NCBI GenBank assembly: GCA_964415025.1 | Contig: CAYPXF010000005.1 | Coordinates: 1,484 to 65,483, forward strand | From: an uncultured Gammaproteobacteria bacterium | GTDB lineage: Bacteria > Patescibacteriota > Patescibacteriia > UBA10025 > JAHIVO01 | Reading direction: 5' to 3' | DNA: 64,000 nucleotides | In this document: one piece after another, positions 54,567 through 62,905 of the stretch | Position numbering within the stretch: the stretch's first letter is position 1 | How the letters are laid out: each line of letters begins with the position of its first letter | Translations under genes and position numbers: made by a program | The notes under the pieces: generated by a model | Told to the model about the DNA's origin: nothing | Seen by the model: only the letters and a program-made list of their open reading frames with translations | Databases searched by the model: none

Positions 54567-55139
54567 ATGGATAGTTTAATAACTATATTATATAGGTCTA
54601 GTAAGACTATTTTGACTAATAAGGATATTGCTTTGATGTGGGGAGAAACCCATCAAGGTAATCTTAAATCTAAAATTGCCTATTATGTTAAACGTGGATT
54701 TTTAATCCGTCTAACGAGAGGTGTATTTGCCAAGGATAAAAATTATAATCCAAAAGAATTAGCCACCAGCATATATACCCCTTCATATATTAGTTTTGAA
54801 ACCGTACTTCGGGAATCGGGAAATATTTTTCAACATTATGATACAATTTTTGTGGCTGGTCCGTGGCCACTGTCAAAAAAAATTAATAAATATGCTTTCA
54901 CATTCAGACGATTAAAAGACAGTGTATTATATAACGCCGCCGGGATTAAAAATGAAAATAATTACAGCATGGCAACCCCAGAGCGAGCTTTTTTGGATAT
55001 GATTTATTTATTCCCAAGATATTATTTTGATAATCTGGCGATGATTGATTGGCAAAAGTGCTTTGAACTGGTAAATATTTATGGTAACCAGCAGTTGACC
55101 AAACGGCTGGTAAAATATCAGCAACAATATGTTAAATAA
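54567..55139 (+). CDS. AbiEi-family antitoxin/transcriptional regulator (type IV TA / abortive infection)
   Basis: 190 aa; wHTH-like N-terminus; YISFETVLRESGNI and ERAFLDMIYL blocks typical of AbiEi; 11-nt overlap with the downstream gene. Confidence 0.7.
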   Translation: MDSLITILYRSSKTILTNKDIALMWGETHQGNLKSKIAYYVKRGFLIRLTRGVFAKDKNYNPKELATSIYTPSYISFETVLRESGNIFQHYDTIFVAGPWPLSKKINKYAFTFRRLKDSVLYNAAGIKNENNYSMATPERAFLDMIYLFPRYYFDNLAMIDWQKCFELVNIYGNQQLTKRLVKYQQQYVK

Positions 55140-55857
55140 AAATAAACACCAGTTAATTATGGGGCAGATTTTAAGGGACATTTATGCCGATGTTTCAATT
55201 TCTTCATTGTTAGGTTTAAAAGGTGATACCGGTGCATATTTTTTCTACAGCCTTTCTAGATTTTCGGTTGATTTAGATTTTGATTTGTTTTTTACTAACG
55301 AATCAACACAAAAGTTAATGTTTGAAAAAATCAAAAACATAACAAAGAAGTATGGTAAAATTAAAAATAGCTACATCAAAAGAAATACTATCTTTTCACT
55401 TCTTTCATACGGTGATACCGATCATAATATAAAAATAGAAATAAATACCAGAATGTTAATGCCAGACATCAGGCAATACTACGAGATGAAGGAATATTTG
55501 GGAATTTCTATGTTAGTCGGCAAAAAGGATTATATGTTTGCCAGCAAATTAGTCGCCTTAACAAATTGCCGTACCACAGCGATGCGTGATATTTACGATA
55601 TTTGGTATTTCGCCAAAAATAATTGGGATATCAGCGAGGAGGTAATTTTGACGAGAATCAAGAAGACCATTCCCGAGCATTTGGGCGACTGTATTTCGGT
55701 AATCGAAAAAATAAAAGACAATGAAATTTTACAAGGTCTGGGTGAACTTTTGAATGATAAAGAAAAGATATGGGTAAAAAAGAATTTGAGAAAAGATGTA
55801 ATATTTCATCTTAAAAATTATCAAACTGTATTAGCCCACCGCTCTGGCAATGAATGA
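55129..55857 (+). CDS. AbiEii/AbiGii-family nucleotidyltransferase toxin
   Basis: 242 aa; NTase-fold motif LKGDTGAYFFYSLSRFSVDLDFD (GS..D.D); TA-style overlap with the upstream gene. Confidence 0.7.
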   Translation: MLNKNKHQLIMGQILRDIYADVSISSLLGLKGDTGAYFFYSLSRFSVDLDFDLFFTNESTQKLMFEKIKNITKKYGKIKNSYIKRNTIFSLLSYGDTDHNIKIEINTRMLMPDIRQYYEMKEYLGISMLVGKKDYMFASKLVALTNCRTTAMRDIYDIWYFAKNNWDISEEVILTRIKKTIPEHLGDCISVIEKIKDNEILQGLGELLNDKEKIWVKKNLRKDVIFHLKNYQTVLAHRSGNE

Positions 55858-55964
55858 AAAAATGCATTATAATAAAATAGCTATGAAAAAAATACTACTT
55901 TCCTTTCGGCAAGCTTAGGGTCAGTATACGGGGCAAGAGGTGGCGTTAAAAAACTATTAAGATT

Positions 55965-56348
55965 ATGAATAACAAAGCGAACAAAAAAACCATTCTGTTG
56001 ATTGAAGACGACCAAGATCAAATACTACTCTACCAGGCTAAATTTGAGCTGGAAGGATATGCATTTATCTCTGCGGAAAATGGTCAAAAAGGACTTGAAC
56101 TGGCCACCAAGGAAAAACCCAACCTCATATTGATTGACTTATTGATGGCCGGCATGGGTGGTATTGAAGTATTGGAGAAACTGAAAGACAATCCGGAAAC
56201 AAAGAACATCCCCGCGGTCATCGTCACCAACTTAGACAAGCAGGATTTAGCCAAAAAAGCTATGGCTTTGGGCGCCCAGGATTTCATCGTCAAATCCAGC
56301 GTACCACTGAGGGAAATGATGTCTCGGATAAAAGAGTTTCTGAAATAG
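55965..56348 (+). CDS. stand-alone REC-domain response regulator
   Basis: 127 aa; TILLIEDDQDQILLY...LIDLLMAGMGGIEVL...IVTNLDKQD. Confidence 0.8.
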   Translation: MNNKANKKTILLIEDDQDQILLYQAKFELEGYAFISAENGQKGLELATKEKPNLILIDLLMAGMGGIEVLEKLKDNPETKNIPAVIVTNLDKQDLAKKAMALGAQDFIVKSSVPLREMMSRIKEFLK

Positions 56349-56364
56349 CTTTAATTAATATATA

Positions 56365-56392
56365 AAAAAGCTCGCCATCCGGCGAGTTTTTT
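56365..56392. terminator. bidirectional rho-independent terminator between convergent genes
   Basis: AAAAAG-CTCGCC-atcc-GGCGAG-TTTTTT. Confidence 0.7.
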
Positions 56393-56414
56393 GATTCCTG
56401 TAATTCTTATTTGT

Positions 56415-56825
56415 TTATTTCTTCGTTTTGTACTTTTTTATTAATCCCTCCATAATTTCCACCAGCTTTTCCGGTGTAGTCGTATATTTAACGATAAACG
56501 TATCAGCATGTAGCTGCTCGGCTTTGGTTTTGTATTCAGCGCTATCCCAGTTGGTGAGGATCATGACCGGCACCGGTTTGTAGTCTTTTTTCTTGCGGAA
56601 ATACTCCAGGATCATCCAGCATTCTGAATCGGGCAGTACTACGTCCAGGATTAACGCTTTAGGGTGCTCGTTCCGCAAGGCCAGCACGGCGGAAATTGCT
56701 GTCCGGGCCATGATCGGGGTGTATCCTTCAATAACGAATTTCTGCCGGAACATTTCTGACAGAAATTTATCATCTTCCACGAAGAGGATTTTGCCCTTGT
56801 TCGGTTTTTTACCTTTTTTTGGCAT
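56415..56825 (-). CDS. stand-alone REC-domain response regulator
   Basis: 136 aa; KILFVEDDKFLSEMF...ILDVVLPDSECWMIL...ILTNWDSAEY. Confidence 0.8.
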   Translation of the reverse strand: MPKKGKKPNKGKILFVEDDKFLSEMFRQKFVIEGYTPIMARTAISAVLALRNEHPKALILDVVLPDSECWMILEYFRKKKDYKPVPVMILTNWDSAEYKTKAEQLHADTFIVKYTTTPEKLVEIMEGLIKKYKTKK

Positions 56826-56830
56826 GTGGT

Positions 56831-57166
56831 TTATTTACTGAGTATTTTCTGCAGGTACCTGTATATAATTTTACCATGCGGACTGCGTTTATTCAATCGC
56901 TTGAGAAACAGCTTGGCTTCTTTTTTCTTGGCAATATCTGGAATGGTACCCAGTTTCAGAAGTCCGTCGAAAACAAAGATTTTGTAAATTTCTTCCTCGG
57001 ATAATCCGAGTATCCTGAACGCTTTAATGGCTGTTTTTTCCGATGGCTGACGCTGTTCTTTTTCGATACGAAACAGCGAGATGCGGTTAATGCCGAGCTT
57101 TTTGGAAAGCTCCATAACGCCCATCCCTTGTTCGGTGCGTAGTATTTTTATCAGTTCGCCAAGCAT
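56831..57166 (-). CDS. XRE-family helix-turn-helix transcriptional regulator
   Basis: 111 aa; ILRTEQGMGVMELSKKLGINRISLFRIE HTH_3 pattern; 5 nt upstream of the REC gene on the same strand. Confidence 0.75.
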   Translation of the reverse strand: MLGELIKILRTEQGMGVMELSKKLGINRISLFRIEKEQRQPSEKTAIKAFRILGLSEEEIYKIFVFDGLLKLGTIPDIAKKKEAKLFLKRLNKRSPHGKIIYRYLQKILSK

Positions 57167-57231
57167 AGTTGTATAGACAGTATATCATTTGGCGTGTCCT
57201 CTGGCGAGAGGGTGGGGTGTGGATAAGTTGC

Positions 57232-57262
57232 CTTGACAGGCAACATGGGGTGATATAAAGTA
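57232..57262 (+). promoter_or_regulatory. promoter with extended -10 (TTGACA ... TGaTATAAA) inside a GTTGCC/GGCAAC inverted repeat
   Basis: seen directly in the divergent intergenic region upstream of 57295. Confidence 0.4.
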
Positions 57263-57294
57263 GTTGGTTATATATGTTACCTAAATAGGCAACT

Positions 57295-57894
57295 ATGGAT
57301 ATAGGTCAATACAATCTTCAGCAAAAAAGGGTTTCCCCAGAAGGACTGTTTGCACGCATATCTCGGGAAATGCAGGTGAAAATAAATTGCTGTAAACTAT
57401 GCTTTTTAATGCAGGATGCAAATTCGACTAATTTTATTACTGTCTATACAAAAACCCACGATCGCCTCATCATAACTAAAAAAGAAATTGAGGCCTTAGA
57501 ACAGGAGTCAAGGGAAACAGTTATTATGTATCCCTTGCAGTTATTGCGCAAGAATAAGTCTGGTAAATGGTATTTTATGAATAAAACATACTGGAGCATT
57601 AAACTTAAAAAAATATTCGCCATACTGCCAATTTACGATGACAATACAATAATTTGCCTAGTTGTTTTTTTAGATCAAAATATTAAGAGTAAATTAATTA
57701 GTAACTATTCTTATATCACGCTATTGCGAAGAGAAATAACATACTGCATAAAAGCAATTATGCTTTATAACCGTTCCATTGCAAGAATCGTAGAAACAAG
57801 AGCTGGCATTAAACAAAATCCGTCATATCGAACAAACTATTTTATTAAAAAACAAGATTTAGTCCTGATTGTAGATAAAATAAGATTTTGGTAA
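57295..57894 (+). CDS. hypothetical protein (199 aa)
   Basis: ORF only; divergent from the XRE-REC operon. Confidence 0.5.
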   Translation: MDIGQYNLQQKRVSPEGLFARISREMQVKINCCKLCFLMQDANSTNFITVYTKTHDRLIITKKEIEALEQESRETVIMYPLQLLRKNKSGKWYFMNKTYWSIKLKKIFAILPIYDDNTIICLVVFLDQNIKSKLISNYSYITLLRREITYCIKAIMLYNRSIARIVETRAGIKQNPSYRTNYFIKKQDLVLIVDKIRFW

Positions 57895-57991
57895 TATTAT
57901 ATTTAAGTAGACCCATCTTGCTTCGAATGTTAGATTGACTACTGTCTATATATTATAGGAATATAAATTATTTTAACATTACTTATTAATT

Positions 57992-58501
57992 ATGCCCGAT
58001 GATATTATTTTGGTTAATGCACAAGATGAACAAATCGGTACGGGTGAAAAAATGCCGGTGCATGAGCAAGGGTTGCTGCACCGCGCCTTTTCAGTGCTTA
58101 TTTTTAATAGCAATGGAGAGCTGCTGCTCCAGCAGCGGGCTAAAAGCAAGTACCATTGCGGTGGACTGTGGACCAATACAGTCTGCAGCCATCCCCGGTC
58201 GGGGGAGAGCATACTAGAGGCTGCCCACCGCCGGCTGCAGGAGGAAATGGGTTTTAACTGTGTCCTGCGGGAAACAGACAAGTTTACGTACCGCGCCGAG
58301 TTTGACAACGGCCTGATCGAGCATGAGATAGATCATGTGGTTACCGGCCTTTTTGACGGGAATCCGGAGATTAATCCAGACGAGGCTGATGCCTATCGGT
58401 GGATATCATTGCCAGACCTGCGGCATGACATGAAAACCAGTCCGGAAAAGTATACCCCGTGGTTTATAAAAATTATCGGCGAACGTTTATTCATTCGTTA
58501 G
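57992..58501 (+). CDS. idi: isopentenyl-diphosphate delta-isomerase type 1 (NUDIX fold)
   Basis: 169 aa; LHRAFSVLIFNSNGELLLQQRA...WTNTVCSHP...E.E type-1 IDI signature. Confidence 0.85.
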   Translation: MPDDIILVNAQDEQIGTGEKMPVHEQGLLHRAFSVLIFNSNGELLLQQRAKSKYHCGGLWTNTVCSHPRSGESILEAAHRRLQEEMGFNCVLRETDKFTYRAEFDNGLIEHEIDHVVTGLFDGNPEINPDEADAYRWISLPDLRHDMKTSPEKYTPWFIKIIGERLFIR

Positions 58502-58553
58502 GAGCCAATTTTGTTATTAGGACTTAATGCCCGTTTTTACAGTAAGACCTGTT

Positions 58554-58582
58554 TTGACCTATACTTTTATACAGAGTATACT
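58554..58582 (+). promoter_or_regulatory. sigma70-like promoter (TTGACC-17 nt-TATACT), probably giving a leaderless transcript for the copper cluster
   Basis: -10 ends 11 nt before ATG 58594. Confidence 0.5.
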
Positions 58583-58593
58583 AGAATTTGCCT

Positions 58594-58902
58594 ATGCGTT
58601 TAACCACATTAGTAACTATTGCAAGCTTTTTAGCCATTACCGGACTGGCAGTGTTGATATTTCACTATGCCATGCCGTCGGGTATGTCCATGAGCGAGGA
58701 ACAGTGCCTGATGCATTGCTTGTCTGCAGGTGATATACAAATACTGGCCACTTCAGTGATAACTGCTTTTGCCCTGCTGCTGGGCGTGATGCTGGCATAT
58801 GATAGTGGCTATGTTTTTCGTTTCCTGTCCCCTGTAGCAGTCAAACAGAAAATATTTCATCCGCCGCCCAGTATCATCGGCAGTACGGTGCTGCTAGAAT
58901 AA
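58594..58902 (+). CDS. small membrane protein (102 aa) heading the copper cluster
   Basis: two TM helices; Met/His/Cys residues; ATG at 58594 preferred over the TTG at 58588 used by the ORF track. Confidence 0.5.
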   Translation: MRLTTLVTIASFLAITGLAVLIFHYAMPSGMSMSEEQCLMHCLSAGDIQILATSVITAFALLLGVMLAYDSGYVFRFLSPVAVKQKIFHPPPSIIGSTVLLE

Positions 58903-58951
58903 AATAATTTCTTTAGTACGATAGTTAATCATTAAGTATCGCTTTTTTGCT

Positions 58952-59434
58952 ATGAATAGATCTAAGAAAATTACGTCGTATGTGATAAGCGCAGTCATAC
59001 TGAGTGGAGTCTTGTTTTGGGGCGTTACGGCATTATCTGGCAGTGAACTGGAAAGCATCACGACAGAAACGAAAAAAGTAACACTGTATAAATCGCCGAC
59101 TTGCGGCTGCTGTGTCAGTCACGCGGCGTATTTGCGACGAAATGGATTTGAGGTAGAGATAGTCAAGACAGAAGATATGGACGCGATCAAAGAGCAGTAC
59201 AATATTCCATCGCGATCCCAAAGCTGTCATACCACAGTTACGGGAGACTATGTAGTGGAGGGGCATGTTCCAATTGAAGCAATTGACAAGCTGCTGACCG
59301 AACAGCCGGACATTGACGGCATTGCTCTGCCAGATATGCCTTCGGGTTCGCCTGGTATGCCGGGACCGCAGACAGAGCCGTTTGTCGTGCAGGCACTGTC
59401 AGACGGTCAGATTTCAACATTTACAGAACTCTAA
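58952..59434 (+). CDS. DUF411 (CopG-like) periplasmic metal-binding protein
   Basis: signal anchor; YKSPTCGCCVSHAAYLRRNGFEV...SCHTTVTGDYVVEGHVP...GIALPDMPSGSPGMPGP matches the DUF411 signature. Confidence 0.8.
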   Translation: MNRSKKITSYVISAVILSGVLFWGVTALSGSELESITTETKKVTLYKSPTCGCCVSHAAYLRRNGFEVEIVKTEDMDAIKEQYNIPSRSQSCHTTVTGDYVVEGHVPIEAIDKLLTEQPDIDGIALPDMPSGSPGMPGPQTEPFVVQALSDGQISTFTEL

Positions 59435-59438
59435 ACCT

Positions 59439-59939
59439 ATGAAAAATCACACACCGCTTAAATATTTTCTCGTCGGATTTGCCGCCTTGCTCGGCGGAGC
59501 AGTACTGGCTGTAAGTTTCGCCGCACCAGCTACGTTTGTGCATTTAAATCCGTCACATGACCATATGGACCATATGGCTATGCACCGTGAGGATTTTCTG
59601 GACCAGCGCAATGCCATGCACATGGCTATGATTGATGCGGGTGAGTATGCTTGTTGTCTGGAAAAGCCCTGCACCTACTGCATAGAAAAAACCCCGGGGC
59701 ACGGTGAAGGAGCTACCTGTGATTGTTTGGCTGATGTGGTCCAGGGCAGGCATCCGTGCGGTGAATGTATAGGTGAAATCCTGGAGGGACACGGTAATCC
59801 GTATTTGTCACAGTATTTTGCCGCTTCAATTGCCGAGGAAGTGGGCGAGGAACATATTGATACGATACAGCAGATTATTGATGCAAAGTATCCCGCAGAC
59901 GGCTGTGAAACAGAGGAATTCTGTGAACTCGATATCTAA
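59439..59939 (+). CDS. secreted His/Met/Cys-rich putative metal-binding protein
   Basis: ATG at 59439 (4 nt after the upstream stop); signal peptide; HDHMDHMAMH...MHMAM motifs plus a CCLEKPCTYC...CDC...CGEC Cys cluster. Confidence 0.6.
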   Translation: MKNHTPLKYFLVGFAALLGGAVLAVSFAAPATFVHLNPSHDHMDHMAMHREDFLDQRNAMHMAMIDAGEYACCLEKPCTYCIEKTPGHGEGATCDCLADVVQGRHPCGECIGEILEGHGNPYLSQYFAASIAEEVGEEHIDTIQQIIDAKYPADGCETEEFCELDI

Positions 59940-59996
59940 TACATATGATCTGGCGTACGCCAGAAAGAAAAGTAATACAAAGTAACACATAACTTT

Positions 59997-60791
59997 ATGG
60001 AAGAGCAAAAAAATAAACAACCAACGTTATTCGAGACACTAGGTCCGCAAAAAACATTCTGGCTCGGTGTTATCGCCACTGTTTTAGTGGCCGGGACTAT
60101 TGGATTTATCGTGATGCTAGTTGGGGGCGAGAGTACCGCATCTACAGCCAACACGAATAAAACATTTGCCGGTGCCGGTAATACGAATACGGCTGTTAAT
60201 AAAGCTCCGGCCCCGACGGCCCAGCCGTCTCAAGACATAGAGGTAAATCCGGTAACCGGAGAAGACCATATCAAAGGTGATTTGGATACAGCTGAAGTAG
60301 TTGTGGTTGAATTCTCTGATACGGAATGTCCGTTTTGCAAGCGCTTCCACTCTACCATGCAGCAAGTGGTGGACGAATACGGTGACCAGGTTGCCTGGGT
60401 CTACCGCCACTTTCCACTTGATCAGCTGCACAGCAAGGCGCGCAATGAAGCAATAGCCACAGAATGTGCTGCCGAGCTAGGAAGTAATAAAGGATTTTGG
60501 GCATTCCTGGACAGGCTGATGGAAATTACGCCGTCCAACGACGGGCTCCAGGCCAGCCAATTGCCGGAAATTGCGGAGTATGCCGGACTGGACGTAACTG
60601 CATTTGAGACCTGTCTGGAGAGTGAGCGCTACGCTGACAAGGTTCAGGATGATGAACAGGACGCAGCCACTGCCGGCGGACGCGGCACGCCGTATTCAGT
60701 AGCTATTTCTAAGGACGGCCAGACAGTGCCGATTAATGGCGCGCAGCCGTTTGCCTCGGTTAAGGCGACGATTGACAGCTTACTGCAATAA
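59997..60791 (+). CDS. DsbA-like thioredoxin-fold thiol:disulfide oxidoreductase (membrane-anchored)
   Basis: N-terminal TM; CPFC active site in VVVEFSDTECPFCKRFH. Confidence 0.8.
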   Translation: MEEQKNKQPTLFETLGPQKTFWLGVIATVLVAGTIGFIVMLVGGESTASTANTNKTFAGAGNTNTAVNKAPAPTAQPSQDIEVNPVTGEDHIKGDLDTAEVVVVEFSDTECPFCKRFHSTMQQVVDEYGDQVAWVYRHFPLDQLHSKARNEAIATECAAELGSNKGFWAFLDRLMEITPSNDGLQASQLPEIAEYAGLDVTAFETCLESERYADKVQDDEQDAATAGGRGTPYSVAISKDGQTVPINGAQPFASVKATIDSLLQ

Positions 60792-60802
60792 TCAGTAGCT
60801 GA

Positions 60803-60836
60803 CCTGCGGCGGCAGTTGGGGCCGCCGCAGGTTTAT
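60803..60836 (+). terminator. strong GC hairpin (11-bp stem) plus TTTAT between the dsbA-like gene and the ATPase gene; terminator or attenuator
   Basis: CCTGCGGCGGC-agttggg-GCCGCCGCAGG-TTTAT. Confidence 0.5.
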
Positions 60837-60852
60837 GATAGGATAATAGGGC

Positions 60853-62826
60853 ATGGACAATCACAACCACAGCCATAACCATAGCGATCATCATGCCCAC
60901 ATGATCCGGGATTTTCGCCGGCGTTTTTGGGTTTCCCTGGTTTTAACCGTGTCCATACTGGTATTAGCACCGCTGATCCAGGAGTGGTTAGGTATTCAGG
61001 AAACACTGGCATTCACGGGCGACAGCTATGTACTGTTTGTGCTATCCTCGGTTGTTTTTTTCTACGGCGGCTGGCCATTCCTTAATGGGTTGTATGATGA
61101 GCTGAAGAAAAAACAGCCCGGCATGATGACGCTGATCGGCGTAGCCATAACAGTCGCCTATGTATATAGCACGGCGGTAGTCTTTGGCCTGTCGGGCAAG
61201 ACGTTTTTTTGGGAGCTGGCCACCTTAATCGTAGTTATGCTGCTCGGCCACTGGATAGAAATGCGATCAGTCATGGGTGCCTCAAAAGCGCTTGAAGAAT
61301 TAGCCAAACTATTGCCCAATACCGCCCATAAACTACAGGGCGACGGTTCAACCAAAGACGTACCAATTGAGGAGCTTAACAAGGACGATAAGGTTATCAT
61401 CAAACCAGGCGAAAAAATACCAGCTGACGGTATTATTACCGAAGGCAGTACGTCAGTCAATGAAGCTATGATCACAGGTGAATCCAAACCTGTTGCCAAA
61501 GAAAAAGAAAATGAGGTTATCGGCGGTTCTGTGAACCAGGACGGCTCTATCACTGTCCAAGTAAAGAAAACAGGCAAAGATTCATATTTATCCCAAGTAG
61601 TAGAAATGGTTAAGTCAGCCCAGGCCGGTAAATCCCAGACCCAGAACCTGGCCAACCGAGCCGCTTTTTGGCTGACTATTGTTGCCCTAGGCAGCGGTAT
61701 TATTACCTGGTTGGTGTGGTACCTGGTCGTCGGCCGCGAATTTGTGTTTGCCCTGGAGCGGACGGTTACGGTCATGGTCATTGCCTGTCCGCACGCGCTG
61801 GGTCTGGCAATACCGCTCGTCGTGGCCGTATCCACTTCTTTATCCGCTAAAAATGGACTGCTGATACGTAACCGCAGCCAGTTTGAGCAGGCGCGGGATA
61901 TCCAGGCTGTGATGTTTGATAAGACCGGCACTCTGACCAAAGGTACGTTTGAGGTAACGGATATTATTACTTTTACCGACATAGATAGGGACGACCTATT
62001 ATCCCTGGCCAGCGCGGTCGAATCACGGTCCGAGCATACCATAGCCCGGGCTATTGCTCAGGCAGGCGATTTGGACAAGCAGGTATCAGATTTTCAGGCT
62101 ATTCCAGGGAAAGGAGTGCAAGGTACGGTTGGTGATAAAGAGATTAAAATTGTCAGCCCAGGTTATTTGGAGGAAAATGATATTTCGATTGACAGTAATG
62201 ATGCTGATGATGCATTACAACAAGGAAAAACAGTGGTCTATGTTTTAATTGATGACAAACCGCAGGGCGCAATTGCCCTGGCAGACGCGGTACGTGAAGA
62301 ATCCAAACAAGCAGTGAAAAAACTCAACGACCTCGGCCTGAAAGTAATGATGATCACGGGCGATAATAAGCAGGTAGCAGAAAACGTAGCCGGGGAGCTG
62401 GGAATTGACGAGTATTTTGCTGAAGTCCTGCCGGATAAAAAGGCAGATAAGGTAAAAGAAGTCCAGTCGCGGGGTATAACCGTGGCTATGGTCGGAGACG
62501 GCGTTAATGACGCACCAGCATTAGCCCAGGCTGACGTAGGCATTGCTATTGGCGCCGGCACAGATGTGGCCGCCGAAACTGCGGACGTGGTACTTGTCAA
62601 AAACAACCCGCTGGACGTACTCAAGCTGGTCCGCTATGCCAAGGCTACGTATCGGAAAATGATCCAGAACCTGATCTGGGCCACGGGATACAATGTCATC
62701 GCCATTCCGCTGGCCGCCGGTGTCCTGGCCGGTATTGGCATCATATTAAATCCGGCCATTGGCGCTCTGCTTATGTCAGCGAGTACTGTAGTCGTGGCAG
62801 TCAACGCACGGCTGCTAAAAGTGTAG
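60853..62826 (+). CDS. copB: copper-translocating P1B-type ATPase (CopB-like, CPH motif, N-terminal His-rich tail)
   Basis: 657 aa; MDNHNHSHNHSDHHAHM His-rich tail; TM CPH motif; DKTGTLT phosphorylation site; GDGVNDAP. Confidence 0.85.
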   Translation: MDNHNHSHNHSDHHAHMIRDFRRRFWVSLVLTVSILVLAPLIQEWLGIQETLAFTGDSYVLFVLSSVVFFYGGWPFLNGLYDELKKKQPGMMTLIGVAITVAYVYSTAVVFGLSGKTFFWELATLIVVMLLGHWIEMRSVMGASKALEELAKLLPNTAHKLQGDGSTKDVPIEELNKDDKVIIKPGEKIPADGIITEGSTSVNEAMITGESKPVAKEKENEVIGGSVNQDGSITVQVKKTGKDSYLSQVVEMVKSAQAGKSQTQNLANRAAFWLTIVALGSGIITWLVWYLVVGREFVFALERTVTVMVIACPHALGLAIPLVVAVSTSLSAKNGLLIRNRSQFEQARDIQAVMFDKTGTLTKGTFEVTDIITFTDIDRDDLLSLASAVESRSEHTIARAIAQAGDLDKQVSDFQAIPGKGVQGTVGDKEIKIVSPGYLEENDISIDSNDADDALQQGKTVVYVLIDDKPQGAIALADAVREESKQAVKKLNDLGLKVMMITGDNKQVAENVAGELGIDEYFAEVLPDKKADKVKEVQSRGITVAMVGDGVNDAPALAQADVGIAIGAGTDVAAETADVVLVKNNPLDVLKLVRYAKATYRKMIQNLIWATGYNVIAIPLAAGVLAGIGIILNPAIGALLMSASTVVVAVNARLLKV

Positions 62827-62905
62827 TGAGCAAGTGGAGTTTAGCATATGGCATATAGCTTGATGCGCATGGCCAATAGTTCATTGTATATGATATTATT
62901 ATGGT

